Source: Candidatus Saccharimonadota bacterium
GTDB lineage: Archaea; Nanohalarchaeota; Nanosalinia; Nanosalinales; Nanosalinaceae
NCBI GenBank assembly: GCA_001761425.1
Contig: CP012986.1
Span: forward strand, 30,001-62,000
Direction: 5' to 3'
DNA length: 32,000 nucleotides
Below the pieces are notes generated by a model. It saw only the letters and a list, made by a program, of their open reading frames with translations. It made no database searches and was not told where the DNA came from. Below, in pieces: positions 14,501 through 22,826 of this stretch; position 1 is the stretch's first letter; every line of letters begins with the position of its first letter. Made by a program: the position numbers and the translations under genes.

Positions 14501-15910
14501 TTATCCCATGAAGTCTTTGAGTGCTGGGTGGAGTTCTTCCATGTGTTTCTGTGCTAGTTGTTCGTACAGCTTGTATAGGATCATGACGGTCAGTAGGATT
14601 CCTGTTCCTCCTCCGGCTGCCTGTGTCATGTTTGCTGCTGCTGCGAGGATTCCGACTGCTGCTCCTGACAGGACTGTTAGGCCTGGGATGTAGCGGTTGA
14701 GGACTTTTTTGATGATTCTTTTGTCTTTTCTGAATCCTGGTACTTTCATGCCTGTGTTCTGGATCTGGTCTGCGACCGAGTCTGCGTCCTGTCCGCTGGT
14801 TTTGACCCAGAAGATTGAGAACATGATTGATCCGAATGTGTAGACTGATCCGTAGAACAGGACGTGGAATAGGCTGTCTGTTCCGAGGAGCTGTAGGTTC
14901 TGGACTCCTGAGGTGATCAGGTTGGTTGCGAATCCTGTTGGTGCCTGTAGCCATGCTACGAGGCCTGAGCTTGCTGTTCCGTTGCTCATGCATCCTAGGA
15001 TTGAGCATCCGTTTTCTCCTGTTATTACTGTGGCTGCGATCTGGAGGTTGGATACGAGTGCTGCGATCAGGATGACTGGCATGTTGGATGTGTAGATGAA
15101 TTTGAGAGGCCATTTCTGTCCGAATCCTCTTGCGTTTCCGAATGTAAGCGGGATCTCGACTTTCATGGTCTGCATGTAGACTACCGCTGAGAAGACGAGT
15201 ACTGTGGATATGATAGGTAGTAGTGAGATGAATTCGTATGTCTGTAGGAACTGGAAGACTGCTCCTGTGGGATTGGCTCCGGGTGCGTTCCAGTAGAGTT
15301 CTGGAGGCACTGTTGAGGTTAAAGGAGAGATTATTGTTACGAATACCTGTTTGGATACTCCTGCTGCGATGAACAGGCCTGTACCGCTTCCGAATCCCCA
15401 TTTCTGGACTAGGTCGTCCATCAGTATGATGAGGAATCCTCCCAGTGCGATCTGGCCTCCTAGAAGCATTATGAGGCCTATGTCGCCTCCTACGTTTCCG
15501 AATGTTCCTGATAGTACGTATCCGAAGGCCTGTACTACTGTCAGTCCGTATGCGAGTACTTTCTGTGCTGATTGGAATTTCCGTTTTCCTTCCTGGGTGT
15601 TGGTGTTCCATGGAAGTAGTTCGGATCCGACCATCATCTGGAGTACGATGCTTGATGTGACGATGGGTCCGATTCCGAGTGTGATTATAGAACCGATCTG
15701 TGCTCCTAGAAGTGTCTGGAATGTTTCAAGCTGCTGGAGGGCCTGGTTTACGCTCTCGACGTCTCCTCCGTATACGTTGATGGAGCCTAGTGTGAAGTAG
15801 AGTATAAGGACTATACCGGTCCATGTGAGCATCTCCTTAAGGGATTGTTCTTTCTCGGGTTCTTTGATTCCTGGAAGGTAGGATGCTATCTGGACCAGTG
15901 TTGAGGCCAT
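14501..15910 (-). CDS. secY: preprotein translocase subunit SecY
   Basis: 469 aa with 10 TM segments. ...GIKEPEKEQSLKEMLTWTGIVLILYFTLGSINVYG... and a conserved position after L30-L15. Confidence 0.95.
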   Translation of the reverse strand: MASTLVQIASYLPGIKEPEKEQSLKEMLTWTGIVLILYFTLGSINVYGGDVESVNQALQQLETFQTLLGAQIGSIITLGIGPIVTSSIVLQMMVGSELLPWNTNTQEGKRKFQSAQKVLAYGLTVVQAFGYVLSGTFGNVGGDIGLIMLLGGQIALGGFLIILMDDLVQKWGFGSGTGLFIAAGVSKQVFVTIISPLTSTVPPELYWNAPGANPTGAVFQFLQTYEFISLLPIISTVLVFSAVVYMQTMKVEIPLTFGNARGFGQKWPLKFIYTSNMPVILIAALVSNLQIAATVITGENGCSILGCMSNGTASSGLVAWLQAPTGFATNLITSGVQNLQLLGTDSLFHVLFYGSVYTFGSIMFSIFWVKTSGQDADSVADQIQNTGMKVPGFRKDKRIIKKVLNRYIPGLTVLSGAAVGILAAAANMTQAAGGGTGILLTVMILYKLYEQLAQKHMEELHPALKDFMG

Positions 15911-15923
15911 GTGTTTATTCCTC
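15903..15923. repeat. 21-nt direct repeat, copy 1 (gaggccatgtgtttattcctc), containing the real secY start
   Basis: Perfect match to 16048-16068. Confidence 0.9.
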
Positions 15924-16047
15924 CAATTGGTTATGCTCTATTGATACGCAAGATGGGGTTCTGTGAACCCCGTTTTCTGATGATGAAATATGGAAAGCAG
16001 GTTTTCCTGTAGCAGGAGATTTTTGATTTCCAGCTTTCAGAAGTTTC

Positions 16048-16068
16048 GAGGCCATGTGTTTATTCCTC
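16048..16068. repeat. 21-nt direct repeat, copy 2, containing the rpl15 stop codon
   Basis: Perfect match to 15903-15923. Confidence 0.9.
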
Positions 16069-16500
16069 TATAACTGCTTTTCCGTCTGATTCTTCTATTT
16101 TTCTCTTTGCTGAGTCGGAGAAGTTTTCTGCGTGGATCTCGATGTCTTTGGTAAGTTTTCCGGTTCCGAGGACTTTGTCGTAGCCTATGTCGTCTAGGTT
16201 TACTACGAAGGTTCCGTCTTCTTCGTCTGCGAGGCCTGCTTCGACCAGTTCTTCGATTCTCTGGTCGATGTCACGGAGGTTGAGGCCGTTTTGTTCGTTG
16301 TCGTGGAATGGTTTGAATCCGTGTTCTCCCATTTTTTTGAGGCCTTCTTTGCCCATTCTGTCGTGGCTGGCCTTTTTTCCTGATCCTGCTTTTCCTCTGC
16401 CTCCTCGGCTTCCTGCTCCTCTGTTTTTTTTGGAGCTTCCGTATCCGTGGCTGCCGGACTTTTTCTTCTTTGATCTTCTTTTTGTCATTTTTTGAAACAC
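16060..16500 (-). CDS. rpl15: 50S ribosomal protein L15 (uL15)
   Basis: Gly/Lys-rich N-terminus KKKSGSHGYGSSKKNRGAGSRGGRGKAGSGKK. Operon position is conserved. Confidence 0.93.
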   Translation of the reverse strand: MFQKMTKRRSKKKKSGSHGYGSSKKNRGAGSRGGRGKAGSGKKASHDRMGKEGLKKMGEHGFKPFHDNEQNGLNLRDIDQRIEELVEAGLADEEDGTFVVNLDDIGYDKVLGTGKLTKDIEIHAENFSDSAKRKIEESDGKAVIEE

Positions 16501-16502
16501 CT

Positions 16503-16850
16503 TTAGACCATTTTGTTGACGAGGCCGTCCATATTGTTTCTTTCTCCGAGGCTTCCGCCCTGGCCGACCTGCTGTCTTGTATCTTTGAATCCTCCGCTTG
16601 GAGGGCTCAGGTTTACTGTTTCTCCTGTTTCAAGACTGGTATCTGAGGCCTCTTCAAGGTTTTCTACAGTTTCTTCGTCGACTGTTCCATAGGTGATGTA
16701 GTCTTTGGCGACTGAGAGCTGTCCTCTGATAGCGTTGTTGTCTTCAAGTAGGACTGCCTGATTTCTGTTCTGAAGGCCTAGATGGTCCAGTGCCTTCTTT
16801 GCTTTGTCTCTTGCGTCTACTCTTCCTCTGATCTGTACTGCTACTATCAT
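16503..16850 (-). CDS. rpl30: 50S ribosomal protein L30 (uL30)
   Basis: MIVAVQIRGRVDARDKAKKALDHLGLQNRNQAVLLEDN... Operon position is conserved. Confidence 0.9.
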   Translation of the reverse strand: MIVAVQIRGRVDARDKAKKALDHLGLQNRNQAVLLEDNNAIRGQLSVAKDYITYGTVDEETVENLEEASDTSLETGETVNLSPPSGGFKDTRQQVGQGGSLGERNNMDGLVNKMV

Positions 16851-17521
16851 TACTGGATGTCACCTCGTTTATATTCGTTGATTTTCTTCAGTGCATTGAA
16901 TGTTGCACGGATCAAGTTTTCTCTTGTACGTGTTTTTCCTCTTGCCTGTACCCAGATGTCTTCGATTCCTGCTAGTTCGAGGATTTTCTTGACTTCATCT
17001 GAGGCTGCGAGGCCTGTTCCTTTCGGTGCAGGTTTCAGTGTTACTGTTACTGATCCGGATTTGCCTGTTACTTCGAGTGGTACTGTGTGGTCTGTTCCGC
17101 ATCCGCATTCCCAGCTTCCGCATCCTTTGCTGACTTGGATGAGGTTGAGCTTGGCTTTTCTGTTTGCGTCGTCGATTGCTGCTCGTGTGTCGTCTGATTC
17201 TCCCATGCCGAGGCCTATTACGTTTCTTCTGTTTCCTAGGACCGTCATGGCTTTGCTGTTGTATCTTGCTCCTGATTTGTGCATTCTCGCGGTTCTTTTG
17301 GAGACTGTTCTTCTTTTGCCTCCTCCTTTTCCTGGTGTTCCTCCGATGAGGATTACTTCTTCGTCCAGGTCTGTGAGGGAGTCGATGATCTCCGGTTCCA
17401 TTATTTTTTTCCTGGAGTTGAGTGCTTGTTCGATGCTGGAGATCTGTCCCTGTGCTACTTTTCTTCCTAGCTCTGTCTTCGGGTTCCAGATTTCTTCCTG
17501 TTCCTGTTCTTGTTCTGTCAC
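16850..17521 (-). CDS. rps5: 30S ribosomal protein S5 (uS5)
   Basis: ...AMTVLGNRRNVIGLGMGESDDTRAAIDDANRKAKLNLI... and ...GTGLAASDEVKKILELAGIEDIW. Confidence 0.95.
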   Translation of the reverse strand: MTEQEQEQEEIWNPKTELGRKVAQGQISSIEQALNSRKKIMEPEIIDSLTDLDEEVILIGGTPGKGGGKRRTVSKRTARMHKSGARYNSKAMTVLGNRRNVIGLGMGESDDTRAAIDDANRKAKLNLIQVSKGCGSWECGCGTDHTVPLEVTGKSGSVTVTLKPAPKGTGLAASDEVKKILELAGIEDIWVQARGKTRTRENLIRATFNALKKINEYKRGDIQ

Positions 17522-18027
17522 TCTAGATCACCTGTGATCTGTTCTTTGGTTTCTTCGAAGTTTTCTACGATGTCTGAGTCTTTTATCTCTTTGATGTGTT
17601 TTCCTTTGATCCTGCCTTCTTCTGGGAATGTTTTTTCTCCTGCTGGTACTTCGAGGCCTGCGTCGTTCATTCCTTTGACTGCTGCGAAGACTCTGCCTCC
17701 TGCTTTCTTTTCTCTGAGGCCTAGGTCGAGGATTGCTTTGTCTATGTCTGCTTTCATTCCTGTCAGGTATCCTGTGAGGTATGCTGCAGGAAGGTTGCCT
17801 GTGTTGTGCTCCCATCCGTAGTTTTCGAGGTCTTTGCTTGTGGTCTGGGCCTCGTTTTTGTCTCCTTCTCTGTTGAAGTGGGAGAGATGTGCTTTAGTAT
17901 GTTTGTTGCTTGTTCTGATTACTGCTCTTGGTTTCCCTGATTTTACGAGCTTTTCTCTCTGCTGGTAATCAGTTTTCTGTTCTCTTCTTCTCTTGTGCGG
18001 TACTTTGTAGTTTGATGTGTCTGCCAT
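17518..18027 (-). CDS. rpl18: 50S ribosomal protein L18 (uL18)
   Basis: ...YKVPHKRRREQKTDYQQREKLVKSGKPRAVIRTSNKH... I set the start at ATG 18027, with GAGTGA SD-like sequence 5 nt upstream, rather than GTG 18036. Confidence 0.92.
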   Translation of the reverse strand: MADTSNYKVPHKRRREQKTDYQQREKLVKSGKPRAVIRTSNKHTKAHLSHFNREGDKNEAQTTSKDLENYGWEHNTGNLPAAYLTGYLTGMKADIDKAILDLGLREKKAGGRVFAAVKGMNDAGLEVPAGEKTFPEEGRIKGKHIKEIKDSDIVENFEETKEQITGDLE

Positions 18028-18032
18028 TGTAA

Positions 18033-18476
18033 TCACTCTAGCTTGTTCTGTACGTGGTTTTCGAGGTGTTTGGTGTCTCTGAAGAATCCTCCTTTGGACA
18101 TGTCGTACAGTTTTCTGTACTGGTCCTGTGTGATTTCCTTTTCATCTCTCATTTCCTTCAGTCTTTCTCTGATTGATCTGATCTTTTCCATCCATTCGTC
18201 TTTGGAGGATTTTCTTGCTCCTTTCCTTCCTTTCCTGCTTCCGTGGCCTTTTCTCTGACCTTTCTTTTTCTGCTTCTTGTTTTCTCTGCTTCTTCCTTTG
18301 GAAGTTCCTTTCTTGTCTTTCTTCTGAATGGCTCCGGATTCGACAAGGTTTCTGATGTCCTGTCTTGTGATTGCTTCGTCTACTCTGCCCATCTGTTCAG
18401 GGTCGATCCATACTCTGTCCTTTCCTATGTCCATTACTTCTGATGCCATTCTCTTCTGACTCTTGAGATCTGTCAT
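18033..18476 (-). CDS. rpl19e: 50S ribosomal protein L19e
   Basis: MTDLKSQKRMASEVMDIGKDRVWIDPE... followed by a basic K/R-rich middle region. Confidence 0.93.
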   Translation of the reverse strand: MTDLKSQKRMASEVMDIGKDRVWIDPEQMGRVDEAITRQDIRNLVESGAIQKKDKKGTSKGRSRENKKQKKKGQRKGHGSRKGRKGARKSSKDEWMEKIRSIRERLKEMRDEKEITQDQYRKLYDMSKGGFFRDTKHLENHVQNKLE

Positions 18477-18820
18477 TCGAAATCACCTCTGTTAAGTACG
18501 TAAATACTGTTTTCATCTGCCTCTTCGATGATCTTCGCTCTCTTTCTTGCGCCTACTGTGGAACCGATCCTTGCTGCCTCTGTCTCGGAGTCGATGTCTT
18601 CAAGATCATCTGTGTTGTGTACAAGCACTTCCTCGTAGCCTGAAGGGTGAAGGCCTCTGATCTGTTTGGGAGTCCTGTATCCTACTGTAGGCATAGGCCT
18701 TGCTGACTTGAGCTTCAGCCTTACCTTGGAGTGTTTGCCGACAGGCTTTTTCCATGACTTGCTGTTCAGCTTGCTGTGCTTGTGCTTCTGCTGTCTTTTG
18801 AACTCTCTCTTCTTGCTCAT
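18473..18820 (-). CDS. rpl32e: 50S ribosomal protein L32e
   Basis: ...SWKKPVGKHSKVRLKLKSARPMPTVGYRTPKQIRGLHPSGYEEVLVHN... Confidence 0.93.
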   Translation of the reverse strand: MSKKREFKRQQKHKHSKLNSKSWKKPVGKHSKVRLKLKSARPMPTVGYRTPKQIRGLHPSGYEEVLVHNTDDLEDIDSETEAARIGSTVGARKRAKIIEEADENSIYVLNRGDFE

Positions 18821-18865
18821 TGTCGAAAACCTCTGGTTTTCTGTGAAATCTTGAGATCTGTGGTT
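18821..18865 (-). repeat. intergenic hairpin spacer (L6 to L32e)
   Basis: On the sense strand, AGATC-TCAA-GATTT then CACAG then GAAAACC-AGA-GGTTTTC (18825-18841), then CGACA-ATG. Confidence 0.7.
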
Positions 18866-19396
18866 TTATTCATTTGTATCGACCTCTGTGATGTAGACGC
18901 CGTCCTGGAAAGTTCTTGGATCTCTGTCGCCTTTTTTGCAGAGCTGTTCGATACGTGCTGCTGTCTGGCTTACTGATTCCTTGTTAGCTCCGGTGATTGT
19001 CAGGTCTTCGCCGTCTACTTCGACTGTTACTCCTTCGATGATGTCTGCTGTTCTTGGCTTTCTTTCTCCCATGAAGTTTTCGATCACTACCTGGTCGTCT
19101 TCCTGTTTGAGGGTCATCGGGAAGTGTGCGTAGACCCCCTGCATCTTGTAGACGTGTGGTTCCTGGAGTCCGTCCACAAGGTTCTGTACGTGGCTTCTGT
19201 AAGTGTTCAGTATGCTTGTCACGTTTTTCTTCGTGGATCTTGTGGAGAACTTTACTTCTTCATCTACTTCCACGTTGATCATGGCGTGTTCCAGCTTCTT
19301 CGAGACTTCCTCTCCGTTTCCTTCGATAGTGAGGACTCCTTCGCCGTACGAGGCCTCAAAGTCTTCTGGAATCTTGGCTGTAACTGATTCTGTCAT
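18866..19396 (-). CDS. rpl6: 50S ribosomal protein L6 (uL6)
   Basis: 176 aa: ...GVLTIEGNGEEVSKKL... and ...VTVEVDGEDLTITGANKESVSQTAARIEQ... Operon position is conserved. Confidence 0.93.
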   Translation of the reverse strand: MTESVTAKIPEDFEASYGEGVLTIEGNGEEVSKKLEHAMINVEVDEEVKFSTRSTKKNVTSILNTYRSHVQNLVDGLQEPHVYKMQGVYAHFPMTLKQEDDQVVIENFMGERKPRTADIIEGVTVEVDGEDLTITGANKESVSQTAARIEQLCKKGDRDPRTFQDGVYITEVDTNE

Positions 19397-19411
19397 TGTG
19401 TTTCTTCCTCT

Positions 19412-19801
19412 TCAGTAGACGTATCCGAGGAGTTTTCCTCCGACGTCCTCTTTTCTTGCTTTTGAATGGGTCATAACTCCCTGGCTTGTTGTTACCAGGA
19501 TTTCTCCGAATCCCTGCGCTGGCAGGTATCTCTTGGCCCATTTTTCGAACTCATCGTTGCCGACTGCAAAGTTCGGCTTGATAGGCTGGCATTCGTTGAT
19601 CTGAGGCTTAACCTCTACCTTGAACTTGCCTCCCTGACCGTCTTCGACGAGTTCGAATACTCCGATGTATCCTAGCTGCTGTAGCTGGATAAGTACGTTC
19701 TTGACAAGGTCGCTCGTCGGCGAAATCATCGCATGAGTCTTACCCTGTCTTGCTGCATTGTTGATCGAACTTAGTGCGTCGCTTAGTGTATCATGTTGCA
19801 T
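19412..19801 (-). CDS. rps8: 30S ribosomal protein S8 (uS8)
   Basis: MQHDTLSDALSSINNAARQGK... and ...GEILVTTSQGVMTHSKARKEDVGGKLLGYVY. Confidence 0.95.
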   Translation of the reverse strand: MQHDTLSDALSSINNAARQGKTHAMISPTSDLVKNVLIQLQQLGYIGVFELVEDGQGGKFKVEVKPQINECQPIKPNFAVGNDEFEKWAKRYLPAQGFGEILVTTSQGVMTHSKARKEDVGGKLLGYVY

Positions 19802-19815
19802 TTACTTGTCCACCT

Positions 19816-20040
19816 CTATTTTAACTGCTCGAATCCAAGTTCTTCAGCGATTTCACGGAAGCACTGTCTGCAGTAGTTAAGGCCGTATTTCGAGATAACT
19901 CCGCGACCTGTTCTACCGCATCTTCGGCATTCCTTCTTTTCCTTGCCGAAATCTCTCTTCTTCGGTGCGTTGTGCTTTTCGAACTTCTCTTTTTTTCCTT
20001 TCTTGTGCTTGATTTGATCAAGGACTGCTTCATAACTCAC
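19816..20040 (-). CDS. rps14: 30S ribosomal protein S14 (uS14, zinc-ribbon type)
   Basis: [29 protein letters not shown] start directly after the SD hairpin. Confidence 0.9.
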   Translation of the reverse strand: MSYEAVLDQIKHKKGKKEKFEKHNAPKKRDFGKEKKECRRCGRTGRGVISKYGLNYCRQCFREIAEELGFEQLK

Positions 20041-20099
20041 TCGAAAACACCTCTTGTTTTCTGCGTGATCGTGAAATTCTTTGAATTTCTAACCATTTT
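20041..20099 (-). repeat. intergenic paired-hairpin spacer (L5 to S14)
   Basis: On the sense strand, GAAATTC-AAA-GAATTTC (20073-20089), linker ACGATCACGCA, then GAAAACA-AGAGG-TGTTTTC (20043-20061), then GA-GTG. Confidence 0.75.
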
Positions 20100-20609
20100 C
20101 TACTTCACCTCTGCTCCGAGCTCGTTTTCTACGAACTCCTTTGCCTCTTCATCGGATACCTTGTGACTTTTTCCGATTGTTGAAGGCTTGTGATCTCTCT
20201 TCTTGACCCTGTAACCAGGTCTTTCAAGGATCACGGTAACTTCGAAACCTTTCATGCCGATGTCCGCATCATAGTCGACTCCTGGAACATCGATGTACTC
20301 GCTGATTCCGAATGAAAGGTTTCCTTCTCCATCGAAGGCCTGTTCGGACAGTTCGTTGTTTGCTGCTGGAAGTACTTTTTCGAGGAATTCTTTTGCTTCC
20401 TCTCCTCTGAGTGTTACTGATGCTCCTACGTTGAGGCCTTCTCTGAGGCCGAAGCTTTTTGCTTCTTCTCTGGATTCTACTCTGACAGGTTCTTGATCGG
20501 TAAGCTTTTTTACAAGTTTGAAGGCCTTTTCTACGCCGTCTCCGACCTGTTCTTCAGAGATGTTGACTGATACCTTGCTGATGTTGATTTCTTTCATCTC
20601 TTCGCTCAT
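20100..20609 (-). CDS. rpl5: 50S ribosomal protein L5 (uL5)
   Basis: ...SFGLREGLNVGASVTLRGEEAKEFLEKVL...GNLSFGISEYIDVPG... Confidence 0.95.
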   Translation of the reverse strand: MSEEMKEINISKVSVNISEEQVGDGVEKAFKLVKKLTDQEPVRVESREEAKSFGLREGLNVGASVTLRGEEAKEFLEKVLPAANNELSEQAFDGEGNLSFGISEYIDVPGVDYDADIGMKGFEVTVILERPGYRVKKRDHKPSTIGKSHKVSDEEAKEFVENELGAEVK

Positions 20610-20658
20610 TGTCCGAAAACACCTCTGGTGTTTTCTGCATCACGAAAATGTTTGATTT
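20610..20658 (-). repeat. intergenic paired-hairpin spacer (S4e to L5)
   Basis: On the sense strand, GAAAAT-CAAAC-ATTTTC (20644-20660, overlapping the S4e stop), linker GTGATGCA, then GAAAACACC-AGA-GGTGTTTTC (20615-20635), then GGACA-ATG. Confidence 0.75.
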
Positions 20659-21324
20659 TCATTGTCCATCACCTAGCTCGATGTTTTCTACTGCTACAAG
20701 GTTTTCGAGCTGTGTCTCGAATTTCTGGTCTTCTTTTTCGACTGTTCCTGTGTCTTCGTCGAGGTTTCTTCTGTTGATTTCTTTGAGTTCTGCGATGTCT
20801 CCTGCGTGGCTTCCTGAGATTACAAGGACCTGTGCTCCTTCTTCTCTCTTGACTTCTTCTGCTTGTCCGTTGAGCAGGAGGCTGCTTCCTGTGTCATGGT
20901 TTTCCTCTGTCCTGTAGTTGTCGCCGTTGTGGAGGTGGTAGACAAATTCCTCGCCTTCTGTCTTCTTGTCTCCTATTCTTACGATTGTTTTCTCTGAGTC
21001 ATCTACTTCGACGAATTTGAGGTCGTTTCCGTCGATGATTACTCTGTAGGCCTCGTCTACTTCTTCGAGTGTTACTACGTCGAGTACGCCGATTCCTTCT
21101 TTGACGTCGCGGACTCTTTCTCCGTTCCTGAGTAGCTGGCCGTTTCTGATTATCTGTTTTGCTTCTTTTTCGCTTTCTGCGTATCCGGTAACGTCTCTCA
21201 AGAAGAGAACTGCCGGGATTGCTGTCTTGTTGCTCCTTGAGCCTTTTATCCCTGAGACGTAGCTGTAATGCTTCCTCTCGATAGGATAATGCTTCGGAGC
21301 TGAAAGTCGTTTTTGATGTGTCAT
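20659..21324 (-). CDS. rps4e: 30S ribosomal protein S4e
   Basis: MTHQKRLSAPKHYPIERKHYSYV... plus a KOW-like middle region. Confidence 0.95.
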   Translation of the reverse strand: MTHQKRLSAPKHYPIERKHYSYVSGIKGSRSNKTAIPAVLFLRDVTGYAESEKEAKQIIRNGQLLRNGERVRDVKEGIGVLDVVTLEEVDEAYRVIIDGNDLKFVEVDDSEKTIVRIGDKKTEGEEFVYHLHNGDNYRTEENHDTGSSLLLNGQAEEVKREEGAQVLVISGSHAGDIAELKEINRRNLDEDTGTVEKEDQKFETQLENLVAVENIELGDGQ

Positions 21325-22035
21325 TTAATTGTCACCTTTCTCCTTTTCCTCTTCGGTTTTCTCTTCTGCGTCTTCTTCCTCGTCTTCTGAGGCCTCTTCC
21401 TCTTCAGAATCTTCAGATTCCTCTGATCCAGTTTCTTCTTCCTGTTCTGTGTTTTCGTTTTCAGCTTCTTCCTCTGTTTCTTCTTGTTCGTCTATTTCTT
21501 CCTGGATCTCTTCGAGTTCGTCTTCGTCGATGTCCATATCTTCCATGGACTGTCCTCCGCCCTGCATCTGCTGCATCATTTCGTCAGCTTCGTCTTCTTC
21601 AAGGGCTTCTTCGACTTCCTCTGAGTCAACCTGGATCTGTCCAGAGTCCTCGATCTCGTATTTTTCGATTCTGTCATCTTCTTCTAGGTTCAGGGCCTGT
21701 GCCTGTAGGTTGGAAGGCCTAAAAGGTACTTCGCTTGTGGATCCGTCCTGACGGGTTACTTCAAGTCCGTTGATGTAGACTTTTTCTTTGCCTCTGTCGA
21801 TATTTGATACGATTCCTTCTGCACCTTTTCTGTCGCCTCTCATGACCTTTACGCGGTCTCCGAGGTTGAGGCTGATTGAACGTGTTCCGAGTTCTTCTCT
21901 AAGTGTGTCGGAGAGATTTACTGAGATTAAAGTATCTTTTATGTGCTGTGGAGCGTTTTCCCTGTACTTCCTCTGCTTCTGAGGGTTCTCACTTGAATTC
22001 CAGTCCTTGCTCCAGTTTTCTGTCGTGTTACTCAT
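21325..22035 (-). CDS. rpl24: 50S ribosomal protein L24 (uL24) with a ~110-aa hyperacidic C-terminal extension
   Basis: KOW core LNLGDRVKVMRGDRKGAEGIVSNIDRGKEKVYINGLEVTRQDGS. From about residue 125 the sequence is almost entirely E/D/Q. Confidence 0.92.
   Translation of the reverse strand: MSNTTENWSKDWNSSENPQKQRKYRENAPQHIKDTLISVNLSDTLREELGTRSISLNLGDRVKVMRGDRKGAEGIVSNIDRGKEKVYINGLEVTRQDGSTSEVPFRPSNLQAQALNLEEDDRIEKYEIEDSGQIQVDSEEVEEALEEDEADEMMQQMQGGGQSMEDMDIDEDELEEIQEEIDEQEETEEEAENENTEQEEETGSEESEDSEEEEASEDEEEDAEEKTEEEKEKGDN
21386..21486. repeat. 101-nt module, copy A (in the uL24 tail)
   Basis: Hand alignment to 24391-24491 gives 7 mismatches in 101 nt. Confidence 0.85.
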
Positions 22036-22089
22036 TTACGAAAACACCTGTGTTTTCTGTGAATCATGAAAATCTCTGATTTTCAGCAT
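22036..22089 (-). repeat. intergenic paired-hairpin spacer (L14 to L24)
   Basis: On the sense strand, GAAAATC-AGA-GATTTTC (22068-22084), linker ATGATTCACA, then GAAAACAC-AG-GTGTTTTC (22040-22057), then GTAA-ATG. Confidence 0.75.
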
Positions 22090-22491
22090 TTACACCACCT
22101 GTGATGCGATTTTTCCGATCGGGCTGAACCTCTGGACTACTTCTTTTGCGATAGGGCCTTTGGTTACCGATCCTTTTGGAAGAAGGTTTTCTTCTTCGAC
22201 GAGGACTGCTGCGTTGTCCTCGAATTTTACTCTGAGGCCTTCAGGCCTCTGGTATTCTTTTGCCTGTCTTACGATGACGGCGTCGAAGACCTGGTGTTTT
22301 ACTTCTTGGTCTCCTTTCAGTACTTTTACTTTGACAATGTCTCCGACTCCTGCGGAGTTTCTTCTGGAACGTCTTCCTTTCTGGCTTCTGACTCCGATGA
22401 CTTTCAGTTTTTTTGCTCCGGAGTTGTCTGCACATGTAAGCTCTGCTCCGATGTCCAGTGTTCTGGTGATATTGGCTCCCAGTGGCTTCAC
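22090..22491 (-). CDS. rpl14: 50S ribosomal protein L14 (uL14)
   Basis: ...IGAELTCADNSGAKKLKVIGV... GTG start overlaps the S17 stop by 1 nt. Confidence 0.95.
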   Translation of the reverse strand: MKPLGANITRTLDIGAELTCADNSGAKKLKVIGVRSQKGRRSRRNSAGVGDIVKVKVLKGDQEVKHQVFDAVIVRQAKEYQRPEGLRVKFEDNAAVLVEEENLLPKGSVTKGPIAKEVVQRFSPIGKIASQVV

Positions 22492-22826
22492 TACTGTTCA
22501 CCTTCTTCGTCGTTTCTGATCTGTACGATAACGGAGGATATTGTCTTGGAAATAGGCCTTGATTCTACGATACCTACGTCGTCTCCTTCTTCTATGTCCA
22601 GGCATTCAGGTACGTGAGCTGTAATCTTGGTATTTCTTCTTTCCTTTCTTTCGTATTTGGGAACACTCTCTGCGGTCTCCCATCTTACTGTTGCGGATTT
22701 CTGCATCTTCGTGGACTGCACTTCTCCCGTAAAAGTACTTCCTCTCACGGATAGATCTCCGTGGAACGGGCAGTGCTTGTCGTCGCATTCTTGTTCTGGT
22801 TCTTTTACGTCAAGTCCGATTCCCAC
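22491..22826 (-). CDS. rps17: 30S ribosomal protein S17 (uS17)
   Basis: (M)GIGLDVKEPEQECDDKHCPFHGDLSVRGSTFTGEVQS... I prefer GTG 22826, which has AGGTGA 8 nt upstream, over the track start at GTG 22838, which has no SD. Confidence 0.9.
   Translation of the reverse strand: MGIGLDVKEPEQECDDKHCPFHGDLSVRGSTFTGEVQSTKMQKSATVRWETAESVPKYERKERRNTKITAHVPECLDIEEGDDVGIVESRPISKTISSVIVQIRNDEEGEQ

Noticed and set aside
14448-15611. Long alternative-frame minus-strand ORFs rich in R/P/S/T, for example the 387-aa ORF inside secY, 25360-25959, 12690-13127, 5196-5606 and 17528-17815.
   Set aside because: They overlap strongly supported genes in another frame. Their basic, low-complexity composition is opposite to the acidic proteome of this organism, and none matches a known family.
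15975-16045. Possible C/D-box sRNA on the plus strand of the L15-SecY insert (CTGATGATGA at about 15977-15986).
   Set aside because: No matching D box (CTGA) at a suitable distance, no C'/D' pair and no terminal stem.
15915-16055. 46-codon ORF (MASKLLKAGNQKSP...NQLEE) within the L15-SecY insert, considered as a real small protein.
   Set aside because: Its start and stop are by-products of the 21-nt junction duplication. It is basic to neutral with Cys and His, unlike the local proteome. I keep it only as part of the junction-duplication finding (possible uORF) and do not call it as a CDS.
21329-21660. E/D-coding low-complexity tracts (rpl24, rps3, rps4 and the 8453-9436 gene), considered as tandem repeats or CRISPR-like arrays.
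   Set aside because: No regular repeat-spacer periodicity. They are in-frame coding sequence for acidic tails. Only the specific 101-nt shared module is reported.
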